Source: Chrysomallon squamiferum (Eukaryota > Animalia > Mollusca). Taken from it: a stretch of 64,000 nucleotides of DNA. Each line of letters starts with the position of its first letter. Position 1 is the first letter of the stretch. The position numbers were made by a program, and so were the translations under genes. Shown here piece by piece: positions 27,728-41,926 of this stretch. The stretch lies in NCBI GenBank assembly GCA_012295275.1, contig CM022673.1:9176001-9240000 (forward strand), read 5' to 3'. Under the pieces are notes generated by a model. It saw only the letters and a list, made by a program, of their open reading frames with translations, had not been told where the DNA came from and made no database searches.

Positions 27728-28761
27728 TCAGTCATAGGAACTGTTATTAAATTTTTATCCTTACTTATTTATTTATTATTTTAATATTTTGTCATTATTT
27801 TAGTAATAATATATATATATATATATATTTTTTTTTACTCGAACGAATAAAATATTAAGAAAGAAGAAAAAAGATACAAAATAAACTTTTTAAAAAATCA
27901 CCTCCATTTCTCTCTCTCTCTCTCTCTCACACACTTCCTGCCTCTCTTTAATTTACTCTTTTTTTCTTCTCGCTCTCACTCTGTTTCTCTGTCTCTGTCT
28001 GTCTGTCTCTCTCTCTGACTCTCTGTCTATGTTCAGATCTTTCATAGTTACTCTGATGGCTTCCGTAAAAAAAAACCCGAGTTACTCAACATTTGCAAGA
28101 GGCTATTTTTCATTTTGGCGTCCAGTTTTTCTACCCGATTACTTTCTGATTAGTGCCAGAAGGTAAAGTTTTCCTTGCTGCCTTCAAACGTAGACAAAAT
28201 CTGCGCAAAACCTTTCATCGAAGATTAGAAAAATAGCGCGTGGACTGCGGGTGCACAGCGCGCGCAGTATTTCCTTCCTCTCTGTAGTTGCAGCGAAATC
28301 CTATCGTATTTCCAAAACCTCTTCCACTGTCCAAACGTTTAATAAATTCCTGCTTCTCTCTCTTCATCCCACTAACTGGTACAATTAACCCCAATTAACG
28401 TAGCATTAGCGGTTTTGTTTGATGTGAGGAAAGGAGAAACAGTAGGGGGAGGGGAAGAGGGAGACACTATCTCGTACCGCGAAGAACTCGCAGAAGTTTT
28501 CCATTCAGAACAGAAACGGTATTTCCGTAAGCTGTTTAATTTCGTATGTTAGGAATTAAATTTTTATGTAATGTGAGGGCGATAACATGTTTATCGCGTC
28601 TAATAATAAAGCCCTCAGGGAAAAAATAATTAGAATATATTTGGGAAAAATGGCCTGTCCAGGTTTGAGGAATATAGCAATGCCCGTGGCTAGAAAGCTT
28701 TTTCGTATTAGTTTTGAGATAGCGTGAAGTATGATTACAGAACATCTGGTGATAAAAATTA

Positions 28762-28764
<3 letters not shown>

Positions 28765-28850
<86 letters not shown>
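28765..28850. repeat. (CT)n microsatellite
   Basis: Uninterrupted CT run abutting the island at 28030-28760. Confidence 0.98.
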
Positions 28851-28854
<4 letters not shown>

Positions 28855-29081
28855 AAAAATAATATATTAATTCATTTTGTTTTCCGTTTCATTTCTAGTC
28901 TTCCTTTACAATCACACACACACACACACACATATATTTCTTAAAAATAATCATAGATTTTTCAAATATATATATTTTTTAAAATCCCTGTGTTTTTTGG
29001 TTATCTCATTATAGTATTACAGTTGTTGTTGTTGTTATCGTTGCTGTAGTTGTTGTTGCTTCTGCTGCTACCACTAAGCTT

Positions 29082-29117
<36 letters not shown>

Positions 29118-29715
29118 TAAGTTTAATGTCTACTTTTAACAACAAATTTGATAAAATTACTGATATTATTAAAACAATATTATTACACATATATATGCAT
29201 TTTACGAAAATTTTACAAAATGTTGTTACTCCTGTTATAATACTCCTATTTATAACAATTATTAACGTAACGCAGTATAACGCGGATTACTTTACAAATA
29301 CCTGCAGGCCATGTTATAGTCTTTGTAATGCAGTTCATATATTCACAATCATTGATATGTATGCAACATAATTATACGGTTGTTTTTGGCAAAGGCACGT
29401 ACATACTTAATGATTTGTTGTAACTTTTTGGTTACTTGTAAGAAAGGCTCGTTTGTTATTCATGTGGGTTTTTTTTGGTAACATGAATGGACTCTTGAAA
29501 ATCATAAATATTAGTTTCAGTTATTTCTAGATAATTATAGTGAATTCAGTTCAAGCATGATAATATGCCACAGATATTTTTAAACAGTCAAGCAAATATC
29601 ATAATCATACAAGAAAATGTTTACAGATACACAAATACACACACAGACACACACCCACACAAACACCCACTCTCTCTATTTGTCTCTAAAACACAAACAC
29701 ATACTCTATTTTACA

Positions 29716-29718
<3 letters not shown>

Positions 29719-29779
<61 letters not shown>
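29719..29779. repeat. (CT)n microsatellite followed by a short (CA)n
   Basis: Direct reading. Confidence 0.97.
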
Positions 29780-29781
<2 letters not shown>

Positions 29782-32369
29782 ACTCACACACACACACACT
29801 GTGATACTCTCGCAACTGTTACTACAAATCACGCTGTATGAAAACGCACATCAGACTTGATTTACCAATAACTGTTCGTCCAGAGAGCAAAAGTATCGCC
29901 CAGCTTGCATGCTTGTTTAGGCCATTGCAGTGCGGGTCGGTGCTCGAAAATAAGAAATCATCGTCATCCGTGGTAAAAGTCATTGCAGAATAACACTGAA
30001 TTACAAGTCTCATTTGTTAACAATGTGTCGGAGCCAAGTGGGTATGTGCAGAAATTAATAACCAGAAACAACTGAGTTGATATATCCTTGGTTAATTAGT
30101 TTTCCTAAATTGACTTAGAAACGTTAAGAAAAAATAAAATAAAGAACAACTGCATGTAATTTCAAAGTATCTGGAAGGGAAATGATGTAAAATGATGAGT
30201 TGTGAATAACGAAATTTTGATACTTTACATTAACGGGATTTTTTTTTTTGTTTTTTTGTTTTGTTTTGTTTTTTTCGTTTTAGATATAGATATAAAAAGA
30301 AAGATGTCATGAAGGCAAGATTGTTATGTCTTGCATCGTAATGAAAGAAAAAAAAATAAAGATAAGGGGGGAACTGTTTTTAATTTCGCACTGAAGGATG
30401 TTTATTATGTTTCTCTTCTTTTTTTTTTTTTTTGAGGGGTTTGTTGTTTCTGTGTGTTTTTAAAAAAAAAAAAAAACAAGATTCAACCCTTTATTACACT
30501 TATATGAATATTTTTTGGTTAACTGAAGTAGAAATTGATAAATGAAATTTTTAAAACAAGATGAAACAAAACCAAAAAAATAAATAAAAATCGTTCACCA
30601 ACATTCTGGCTACAAGTTCGAGTCGATCACCCTGGAATTGAGTTTGCTAGATGATTTTCTCGCGATTTCTCGCAACTAATGAGAAAACAAGCAGTGCAAA
30701 GACCAGGGCCGCCATTTGCAAAAACCCCACACAACTGCAATAAAATCCAAAATTGAATTTTTTCGCCGAACGAAAAGACTTTCCGAATCTGTGTTCGATG
30801 GACCCAAGTTTTTTCAAGCGCGAGAGACAATTTAATTCCAGGCTTGCCTCTAATAAGACGGAAAATTCGCCTCGTAATGAAGGTGATTGATATTCTCGCT
30901 GCTAAACGCTGCACGTACATTGCATGCTTGGCTGAACTTAGTAAAGTTCTTGATGCATTTCGCGTCTTCTGTAATTATTTTTGCGATGGGCTTCTTCGTT
31001 ATTTGCCCGAGGTTTCCAAATTTTTCGCTCTCATTTTTTCTTAGGAGACAATCTATCTTCGTTTTGAACCTTTTTAACGTGACACTATCGATAATAAAAT
31101 AATCGCCCGCAGCATTTGGTTCTCATTTCGTTTGGGAGATATTTTTTATCGAGCCAACCTTATAGACGAGAAGTAATTGATAGTCGTTTTATGCTCCCAT
31201 TTTACAATCAGCGTGCGTAGTTAGACGCTTAAATCTATCTTGATCAATGCAAATCGAAGTTCTGCAAATAATTACACTCTCCCTCTCTCTGATCGGTCTG
31301 CAAATAAATTATGGGCCAACAGCCAAAGATGGCACATTGTATAGAAATTTGGCTGATTACATCTCTGTTTGATGAAGTCAAGACCATACGATAGTAGCCT
31401 TTTCTCTTTTTTTATTTTCCTCTCAAACTAAACGACAGTTTTACGAAAATAGATTATCCATTTTACTCGTAATTAAAAAAAAAAAAAGAAAAAAAAAAAA
31501 ATGGAAATTGTATATAAATTATTATATAATGGAATTATTTCTGATACGGTATTATCTCTAGTTTGGTGAGTCTGGTCATTTTGATAGTAGCACTTTATTT
31601 TTTTATTTTTTTATTTTTATTTTTGTTCCTTTTAACTGAATGCCAGTTTTTCGAAAATGGATTATTCACTTTATTTATTATTCAAAATAGGAATAAATCG
31701 TTCTATATCTGATGTGATTTGAACTGAAATAATTCCTCCTTCTTCGTCTGCTTTTTTTTCTAATTATTATTATTAGTAGTAGTAGCATTATTAATATTAT
31801 TAGTATTAATACTGTAGTTTTTAAGAAGTCAGTTTATTTTTACTAAAAAATTAAAGTCAAATATGATTATCTCATTACTATAACGATTACTGATTAACTT
31901 ATGTTCAAGTTTCATTAGTAACCCTTCGTTTATTTCTTTTTATTTATTTATTATCTTTTTAGTTCTTGTTTTCTCTTTTTCTTCACAAGGAGGCTGTTTT
32001 AACAAGATAGGTGATTTTGAAGTGATTTTTTTTGTTGTATATAAATACAATTTATCATTAATTATAGTATTTTTATATGACACCACCATACATTTTTTTT
32101 AAATTTATTTATTTATGTTTTTTGTTTGTTTGTTTGTTTTTTAAAAATGTTTTCAATCAAATCACTATTTCAAAAACATAACCCAGTCTTTCCTTTTTAT
32201 TTATTTACAAAAAAATTCAATATTTTTCACAAGATTTTTCACTTCAGTTTAATTATATATATAGTTTATTTTGTTTCTTACAATTTTATCAGATTTAATT
32301 ACATGTTTTTGTTGGAATTATTGACTGATTACTTTTTTCAGTGTATTAGGTGCTGTTGAATTTTGTTTA

Positions 32370-32413
<44 letters not shown>

Positions 32414-32565
32414 TGTAATAGTAATAGTAATAAAAGTAGTACTAGTAGCAGCAGCAGTAACAGCAGCAGTAACAGCAGTAGTAATAATAGTAGAAGAAGT
32501 AGATGTTGTAGTAGAGCATTTTACAAATTGTTTTCTAGCGGATGTTTGAAGTGTAATATTTAAGA

Positions 32566-32602
<37 letters not shown>

Positions 32603-32636
32603 ATGTTTACTTATCTATCTGTCTGACTAACTGTCT

Positions 32637-32787
32637 GTGTTATTCTATCTCCTATATCATTTTTCATTCTTATTTATTTATTTATTTATTTTTGTTACTG
32701 CTGTTGTTGTGTTTATTCTGTCTCCTATATCATTTTATTTTCTTATTTATTTATTTATTTATTTATTTTTGTTACTGCTATTGTTGT
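32637..32787 (+). repeat. Tandem duplication, unit about 73 bp
   Basis: ttattct(a/g)tctcctatatcatttt...cttatttatttatttattt...ttttgttactgct(g/a)ttgttgt occurs twice head to tail. Confidence 0.85.
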
Positions 32788-33381
32788 TTAATTTTCCTTT
32801 AAGAAAAACGAATTTCTGTTTCGCCGTACGTGACGAGACAGAAATGATTTTCTCACTTTGAAACGTAATTTATGATCTCTCAGTTTACTCAACCCTGTTT
32901 TAATTTCCTTACACGAATGCACTCTTGTGTATATTTGTTTAATTAATTATTTACTCCAATTAACAACGCCGGCTTGTAAAACTTTTTGGGGTGCATGATT
33001 CCTCATAATCGTCTTCGGTAATGAAAGTCGTAACATCACGACAAGGTAACGAAAAGTTTAATTATTAATTCGAACGTCTTCCTTAATAATAATACGTGTG
33101 ATAATTATCGCTCGTTCTGGTGACAGTGAAAGTAATTACAGCTTACATGCAAAGACATCCAGTGTAATGTGCGTTTCGTCATCGATTTTGCGGAAGTCGT
33201 ATGGAACAAATGTCGTGCAGTGACCAAAAACCAAACCAGGAGCGTTATCGGTATTTGGAATGGGAAATGTGTGGTTTCTGTCTTGTGTCCAGAATTTCTA
33301 ATGTCTGAAATGGAAAGAGAATTTAACTGTGAAAAGCATATTATAAATAGGATTTTCGTTTATATGTTTGAATCTGTACAG

Positions 33382-33486
<105 letters not shown>

Positions 33487-35648
33487 GTATGCGTGTGTAT
33501 CTATGTCTCCCTCTCTTTCTCACTCTAAATTTTATTCTCTTTTGCCTTTCCCTTTTTCTCCTTCTGTATCTCTCAACAAAACGATATAGTGATTATGACA
33601 AAATAATTCAAAGCAGTAAAATGTACAATGCAGTATTACGCAAAACAGCATTATACAGTTCAGTAAAGTAAAGTTGATTACCGATAAATAAAATGCATGT
33701 TTCAACATCATAAAGTGCAAATCCCTTCAGTACAGTATGAGAGAAAGTTAAATAATAAAACAATACTGTACAATACTATTTAACAAAAAAAAAAAAAAGT
33801 ATTCAACACAATAAAGTTTATATCAGTGCAATATGTTATACAATTGTCTACAACACAATACAACACTCCATCTCTTCTCAACTCAATACTTCAGTACTGA
33901 ACAGCAGAGTACAATACAAATTAATACAACGTAATATATACAATGCATTTACGTAGAATTAAATCAGTTTTATCTACGGATAAATGAATGATAAAGAACA
34001 ACAGTATGGACTGATGAGACCATTATTTCATTTAAAGTGTACACGTTAACAAGAACAGAAGTTTATTTACACTCAGCTTGGTCTGGATCATGCATAATGA
34101 ATTGAATAAACGATATCTTATTCATCTTTCAGCTAACAGACACACATACACACAAACTGAATAACTGTCAAGAAACATTTAGTACGAAGCTGTCACGATA
34201 AACGAACACAATAGAAAAAAAAAAAAACACCAGAGAAACTTCTTTTTTTTTTGAAATTTTTATTATGATTTATCTATTATGACAAGCGCCAACGATGCAA
34301 GTTTTAATCCTTGTGGTTATTTTTCGTCTTTGCAGTCGAACAGGGAACTACGCGCATACCTGCAATATTAGCATGTTTTCATTGATTGCAGGCAGAACTA
34401 TGTATTATTTTTATTTAAAAGAACACGGGGCAGATTTAATAGGCATAAACGAACTTGTTGTAAAGGGCAATAAATTACAATCTTCGTTATAGGATACGCG
34501 TGTCACATTCGAGGCTCAGGTCACGGATGAAAGACGCGGCATTCTACGAGGCAGAAATCAAACCAATTCAAATTATAATCAGGTACCCCATAACATTATC
34601 GTAAACATTCTCACTTCGAAATTTAGGATTTTTTTTTTTTTTTTTTTGTCCCTTCAACACTGACGACAAAAATCTTTTATTTTATTATTATTTTTGTTGT
34701 TGTTCATAGTGGTGTGTGTGTGTGTGTATGCGTGTTAGAATCGTAACGACCTTTTTTTTTTATTATTCTTCTTCTTCTTCCTTTTTCTTTTTGATATTTT
34801 TTTTTTTTTTTTTTTATTTTTATTCTAACGGTCCGTTTTACCGTTGTTTATTTTCTATTTTCCATTTTTCATTATTTCCCTTATTTTTTTTTTTTTTTTT
34901 TTTTTTTTTCTCCCCTTTCTTTGTCCTCACGAAAACGGACGAAATTTCACGGAATTAATAAAACTTCTGCCCCTCAGTCATTAATTAAAAAAAGATCTTA
35001 GTTAATAAGCAACCCGCTCAAGGAAAATCAAGCGACGTAACTTTGACTGAAAATTCACAAAATTCAGCGAAGCGAAAACACCAGGATATGAGTTTTAGGA
35101 TTAAAAAAAAAAAAATTCGATATTACGAAGACGGGTATGATTAATGGCAACAAGACAATGATGTATACATTTAAAAGGGGGAAAAAAAGAATTTTGATAT
35201 CTTTCGTCCATTTATTTTGTTGTTCCCTCATTGTTTATTTTGGTTTTTGTTTAATTAGAATATGTTTTTAATTAAATTGGATTATAGATCAGTATTGTAG
35301 GTGACATATGAACGAGACTTGTTATATGAAGATGAAACATGATTGAAGCTATTTTAAGTGTAATGTTTTGTTTCTTTGTTCTATTATATTTTCTTTGTTT
35401 ATTTATTTAGTTATTTGTTTGTTTGTTTTATTATTTATTAATTTATTTATTCATTCGTTTATTCATTCATTTATTCATTAGCTCATTTATATACATTTTA
35501 TTTATGTAATTTATTTATTTAAAAAAACAACAACAAAAAAAAACTTTCACATTGTAGTTATTATTTTTGTTGTTGTTGTTGTTCTTCTTCTTTCCTAAAA
35601 GGTATACGGTATTTGATGTTGACCCTTTTGGTTTATCTTTGTTTTAAG

Positions 35649-35708
<60 letters not shown>

Positions 35709-36269
35709 TTACTTTTTATTTATTTATTATTATTATTTATAAAAAACAATTGTGGTATTTTCTTTTGGGGGATATGTGGGGGGTTTTGTTGTTTTTTATT
35801 ATTATTATTATTATTATTTCGTTGTTGATTCATTTATTCTCGAAATTTATAATCTTTAAAAAAAATGCAAATAAACACCTAATTACATGAACTGACACAT
35901 AATTACTGTAACCATTTCTTTTTATTATCATTATTCGTCATAATTTTGATCTTCTTCTTTTCTGTCTTGCTCCTCAAAATCATCTTCATCATCAATCATC
36001 ATCAGTGTCTTTCTCCTTCTAATTCATCTTCTTCACAATTTGTTTACAGCATCATCATAATTAATGTTGCTCTGTCTTCTTCATAACTTGATTTCCCCTC
36101 CATCTACTTCGTTCTTTCTTCGTTGATTCAGGATATATATATCTTCTCTCTTTTTCTTTCTTTTTAAAGTTTTTTATTTTATGTTTCTTCTTTAAGTGTC
36201 CAAGGAACATTTTGACACGAGCAAAGCAATTGAATCGATTCGTTAACCTATTTCTAAGAAATAAAAATT

Positions 36270-36730
36270 CAGTCTTGGGCTTCAGAGCGTCTCCTTAATG
36301 GCGATCCCTCGCCTTTGACCTTCGCTGATGACCCGTTCCTCCTTTGTCCAATGAAATTAAATGGACAGGAATGATTGGAAAATCGCCATATTGCCATAAT
36401 ATATAGCCCGGACACCCGTCATTTGAATGTAATTAATACAGAGACGAAAACAACGAGGGGCGTAACCGGCCACGAGACCTCAGTTGAATTTCTCTGTGAA
36501 TCTTCTGCGTGGCTGCGTCCACCTCGGAGACGTCAATGAAATGCATTAGAGATGGCGCCCGGCGTCATCTGTCCAACCATGTCGACATGCTGCCTTTCAT
36601 ACGACGTCGGAAACGGCTTCGTATTTTCCTTTAAAATATTACGTTAATTGTTCGTTTGATTCGGCTGAAAGGTTAAGTAACGTTTAGCGATGTGTTTCCA
36701 TCGCTATTCGTCGTTTCGGGATCAAGAAAA
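36270..36730. promoter_or_regulatory. CpG-rich putative cis-regulatory island
   Basis: High-complexity CpG-retaining block with TGACCT/TGACCC half sites (about 36316-36334), ATTGG, TAATTA and GACGTC motifs; no ORF of 60 aa or more in the track. Confidence 0.4.
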
Positions 36731-37941
36731 TGAATCATTTGTTTTTTTGGAATCACTTTTTTGTCTTCTGTCTTGTGTCTTTCTGTTTGTATGTTCGACT
36801 GCCTTCGTGTTATCTCTGGGTACCTAACATTATTAAGAATCATAAGTTACAGACCTTTTTTGGTAATATAACAGCTATCAAAATTAATAAATGACAAACA
36901 GTAATCAAAGATAAACAAGTGATATTTCTGAAGAAAAGTTTATTAAACAATTTTCAAAATCAAAACAGAAGTCAAATGATACTGGAAATCAGAAATTAAT
37001 AACAACATTAATGAAGCAAGGACTTTTTAAAACTGATCCTCTATGAATATATAATAAACACAAATATGAATAAAATATATTTTTTTAAAATGGATTAAAT
37101 TCCCCACAAAAAACAACTAAATAATTGAAAATGGCATCGGAAATACATCAAATTCCAAAGAACCATTATTGGTGAAGAAATGTATGTATTAATTCAGCTG
37201 AAGACAAATATTTATTCTAACAGTGACTACAAAAATTCATAGACAACTTTCATTTATAAACATTACTGTTTAAAATTTTATCATGACTGAATAATCAAAG
37301 AAAAAAACAATTCAAACTATCAAACTAGTCCGTTATTCCAATTATAATTTTTGTTGTTGACAAAGGTAAACATTTATTATCTGTCGATGGTTGATCGATT
37401 CCTTGGTTAATTGGCTCATTCATCGGCAGAGCGATATTTTCAGCAATCGACCGCGTGGTCATCCATTTGACCAATCATACACAAACTAACAAAGCAGCCT
37501 TTCGCCTGTAGTAAACGATTAGAGCCTATTAACGCCAATAACAAACAGTAATAATAATAATTGTATTCATTGTCTGGGGAAGTGAATAACTTTATATACC
37601 GAGTGAAAATTTCTCCACGTTCTTGCTTTAACGATCTGAGAACTGTTTGAAACGTGCTCATTCTCAGTGAGGGTGTAAGTACGCCTGTCTTGGTAACATA
37701 TAATTCAGCGGGTTTTAATGTAGAAATTAGTTATAATATTATAAGGATAACAACAACAAAATACGTAAGGATATATATATATGCTCCTAGAAACCATCTT
37801 TTTTACATCAAGTTGACTGAATATGCATACGTGTCAATCCTCAGAAGCCCTGGAGGTAAATCAAACTGTATTAATTAGTTAATTAATTAAAGAGAAGGTA
37901 TGACACAATGTGTCCTTACACTTCCAAAATTAGCTCATAAT

Positions 37942-38010
37942 GGCAACCGCCAATGGGAACTGAACCCAGAACATGTCACTCTTAAAGCCGCTAATTTAAC
38001 CATAGCCTTC
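37942..38010 (-). mobile_element. Degenerate tRNA-derived SINE-like head
   Basis: Minus strand reads ggctatggttaaattagcggctttaagagtgacatgttctgggttcagttcccattggcgg: A-box-like and B-box-like (GGTTCAGTTCC) elements at tRNA-like spacing, with no intact cloverleaf. Confidence 0.35.
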
Positions 38011-38044
38011 CAAGACGTGTTCATTGCTATAGATAGAATATAAA

Positions 38045-38315
38045 GGATGCAACCACAGAACATAAAGGAAGTCACGGATATCTTCCTTATATAAGATACA
38101 GCCACATATATAATATAATTTTCCATTAAAGATACAACCACAGAATATAAAATAAATTGTGAATATATTCTCTATTAAAGATACAATCAAACCATGAATA
38201 CATTCTCTATTAACGATACAACCACAGGACATAAAATAAACCGTGAATATATTCTCTATTAAAGGTACACTCAAAGAACATAAAGTAAACCGTGGACATG
38301 TTCTCTGTTTAAAAC
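38045..38315 (+). repeat. About 49-bp minisatellite, about 6 diverged units alternating full-length and about 35-bp deleted forms
   Basis: Consensus aagatacaaccacagaacataaaataaaccgtgaatatattctctatta; unit lengths about 49, 36, 49, 35, 49, 49. Confidence 0.85.
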
Positions 38316-38695
38316 TACGGTCAGCAATGTTTATTCTGCTCGTACGGCGGTGACCACTGTGTGCTTTTCTTGTGGACCTCCTTGTTTGATCTGAAGAGGA
38401 TTAACTTTATTATAATCCGATTTGCATTATCGGTCGACAACTAAAGTGTTTGCGGCAAACACTCTTGAAGTATTTGTCCACTTTTAAACTCGTCGAAATC
38501 CCTGTTCGTAGATTAACGCGACATTTTCACCCTTTGCATTGCAGTGTAAGCAGAGCCATCGTAGATACTCTGTGATCCTATTTGAGAGATGTTCTGAAAT
38601 GAAATAGTTTATGGTGTTCCCGTAGGGAATGGTCGAATTTATTACTTAATAATGTCTGTAGAAAACTTGGAAGAGAAATTAGAAAGAGTGAAAAC

Positions 38696-38738
<43 letters not shown>
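38696..38738. repeat. (GAAA)n tetranucleotide microsatellite
   Basis: Direct reading. Confidence 0.95.
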
Positions 38739-40394
38739 ATGACAAATAAATAGAAAACGCAAAACTTTTTTTATTATTATTATTGTTATTATTACTGTTA
38801 TTATTTTTTTATTGCGGTTGTTGTTGTTGCTGTTGTTGCTATTGTTGCTGCTGCTGTTATTTTTCTTTATACTGTTACTATTATAATTCTGGTGATGACA
38901 ATGTTAATGGTGATGTTTTTGTTATTTCAGTTGTTGTTGTTATAATCATTATTATCATCATCATCATCATTATCGTTTTTATTGTTGTTGTTGTGGTTGT
39001 TGTTTATATTATTATTATTACTAAAGTACGATTACTTTAATGAACTAAACAGATGATAATAACAGTGTAAAAAGATTAACCAAAATATAAGCCATCAGAT
39101 AAACGGTTTTTTTCCAATTAACTGGTCTAACAATGAAATAATCAGCGGCTTTCTGAACAGCAAGAAATCACAACTGAACGAACGCAGCTGTTCTGCTATT
39201 TGCATATTTCCTTATTTTTACTTATTATTTATTTTTATCCCTTATTATCATTTACTCGGCAGTACCTGCTGATATTTCGTCTGATACCATTACGTAATAC
39301 AGCAAAATGACTTAATTGCGGTATTACACGTTTCACTTGGTTTTTCTGTTAGAACTGTGAGACTATAGGAAACTGTCCAGTGGTCAAGCAGTTTTGATCT
39401 CTAGGGTTCCAGGACTGTAATTATTTACAGTTTATGATTATAACTGTATTTTATTAAGGCTTTGATTTCGTAAGATAAAATTCACCGTTGTTATCGATAT
39501 TTGTTTGAAATGCTGCTCGATTTTATCAATAAATAAAAGGCTAATTAACCGTTACATATAATAATATGTAAAATATCTTATATGAATATCAGTTAGCGTT
39601 TCTAAACAAAAGACGTTATTATGTCATTTGGATAATTCAGTACATATTTTGTTTTGTTTTTTTGTTTATTTAACAAATATATACTTTTAGTTTGAAAATA
39701 ACTGTTACATATTTTTAATATTGTACAAATTTTAATTCGACTCAGTTGAATAAATGCACTGGTATATCACATTGTATATTTATATTTCAAATGAGTATGA
39801 TAAGATAAATACATTAATTAATTAATTAAAAAAATAAGTGTACTACTTCTGGTCGTCATCGTCGTCGTCGTAGTAGTAGTAGTAGTAGTAGTAGTATCAT
39901 TATTTTTAATATTATTAGTATTAGTATTAGTATTATTACTGTTACTACTATTACTACTATTACTACTACTACTACTACTACTACTATTACTACTACTACT
40001 TCTACTACTATTACTTTCAACTGTCACCAGTGTTATTATTGTTGTTCTTTCTACCTATGCTGTTGTTGTCGTCGTCACTGCTGTATTCAAGTACCAGACA
40101 AGAGCCGATATTTCTTCAGTATTTTATTTACGTGTCTTTCCTTGTTAATCGCAAGTACCACCACAAACGCATACCTGAGTATTGTCATCTCGAGGTCACT
40201 TCAATACAATACCACATAATAAAAATGAAGAATTTCCTCAAAACAAAGCCAAAAAAAAAATGCTCGACGAGTAAGTGGCCCTCGTGTTGGTCAAATCAAA
40301 ACACGGAGCCCTTCTGGCGAACATAACTCCGAAATAAAATAAAAAACCCAACCAAAAGACGACATTTTCTTAGCATATATTGCCGCTGTCAACT

Positions 40395-40555
40395 CTAGCA
40401 GACTAATGCGTTGAAAAGTCATTTTTCATTTCTTGCGATCGTTTAGACGCATCTGTCGTCTGATACAGCCTTACGTCTGCCCACCTTTTCTTCGAGCAGA
40501 CGACAGTTTGCTTGCAGCAGCAGACACTTGTCAGCGCAGCAGACGACAGTTTGTA
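40395..40555. promoter_or_regulatory. Homotypic CAGAC/GTCTG motif cluster
   Basis: CAGAC at 40399, 40497, 40521, 40540; GTCTG at 40458 and 40475; TAGAC at 40444; AGCAGACGACAGTTTG repeated at 40495-40510 and 40538-40553. Confidence 0.4.
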
Positions 40556-41420
40556 TGGGGCCATGGAAGTCCAGAACTGAAGGCACTATTGGAGAAAGAA
40601 GATGAAACGATCTCTTGACGCCTACTGGAATAGTTTTGGCCTCGTTTGAAAAGGGAACGCACTCGAAGCACAGACAGTATAGAAACGGAATTGCCCTTTC
40701 ATACAATTTTCATTTTCTCCTTCGGCATTGATACCTAGCTTGTTACAAAGCCATGCTTTTTCTTGTTTGGAAACAATCCCAGTGAAAAAAAAATAAAAGT
40801 GACAGTTCCCGTGCAGGTAAAAAAAAACACCAAGACACATTTGCCGATAGTCTACGAAAAGCTAGAAAGAGAACTAGAGAGAGTGGGGGGGAGCGTAAGA
40901 AAAACAAGCCCTCGAGGAGTGAATAAAAGCAAGCTCGCCTTTGCGGAGTTTTTGATTGTTGTAAGCGAGTACAGAATAAGAATATCCTTTCACCCTATCA
41001 AACAAAATGTTAACGTAAATGCCACCTTTCACCGCACGGTTGTGAAAAATTAAATCGCCTCATAAAACGACAGTTAACAAAAAAAAAAAAAAAAAAAGAA
41101 GAAAGCAAAGAAAAGAAAAAGAGAAACACTGTTGTTATCCGAATGAAACAGTCGGTGACGGAGAAACAGAAAAGAGTTTTCGACATACGACGTTAAAATA
41201 ACATAACAGAGCAGTCTGAAGTCATGTACACGGGTGTTGAGAGTGTATGTTTGTGTGTGAGTGTGTGTGTGCGTGTACGAAAGTAAGAGAGTATCTGTGT
41301 GTATATGTATGTATTTAGGAATGAATATTTTGTTGTCTTAAATACTTCAGATTAGACTCTGCGGGTAGAAATATTCGTGATCGAACTGGCATGGGAGACC
41401 GATGTCCAATCACAAACGTC

Positions 41421-41490
41421 AGGTGCCACTAATGAGATTCGAACGTACAATACCCAACAGCTCGCACTTACAACTAAAGCTGCTCAGTAA
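41421..41490 (-). mobile_element. tRNA-derived SINE-like head / tRNA remnant
   Basis: Minus strand reads actgagcagctttagttgtaagtgcgagctgttgggtattgtacgttcgaatctcattagtggcacct: canonical B box GTTCGAATC (41436-41444), A-box-like cagctttagttgt, and actga/ttagt terminal pairing; the anticodon arm is missing. Confidence 0.5.
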
Positions 41491-41516
41491 TCGTTCTTTG
41501 TCTTTCTTTAAACGTA

Positions 41517-41518
<2 letters not shown>

Positions 41519-41563
<45 letters not shown>

Positions 41564-41691
41564 ATGCTTGCATGCGTGTATATATGTGTCTATAAGTATG
41601 TACGTACACGTTTGTAGATACATACATCTAACAGTTATGTATTTTCACCTTTAAAACAACAATATCAGAAATTAATTTGTAAATTTTAAAA

Positions 41692-41774
<83 letters not shown>

Positions 41775-41848
41775 CTACAATAATTAACATCACTCTGTAT
41801 CAGTATATATATAGGAAGATACTTATATTTACGTACGTCGTTCCACTG

Positions 41849-41924
<76 letters not shown>
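41519..41924. repeat. (GT)n - (TTA)n - (GT)n microsatellite cluster
   Basis: (GT)n about 41519-41559, (ATT)n about 41692-41774, (GT)n about 41853-41924. Confidence 0.97.

Positions 41925-41926
<2 letters not shown>

Noticed and set aside
34644-34663. miR-133-like TTTGTCCCTTCAACACTG
   Set aside because: Seed differs from miR-133, indels are needed, and it follows a poly-T run with no precursor stem.
36830-37330. A-rich stretch as a decayed LINE ORF
   Set aside because: No ORF of 60 aa or more, and no RT or endonuclease motif visible; cannot be supported without a translated repeat search.
38045-38315. CRISPR-like repeat-spacer array
   Set aside because: Units are contiguous diverged tandem copies without unique spacers; no cas genes; eukaryotic context.
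40433-41053. Short ORFs with protein-like composition (...ELKALLEKEDETIS; ...YEKLERELERV...)
   Set aside because: Short, non-ATG starts, interrupted by A-runs, no convincing flanking splice sites and no recognisable family.
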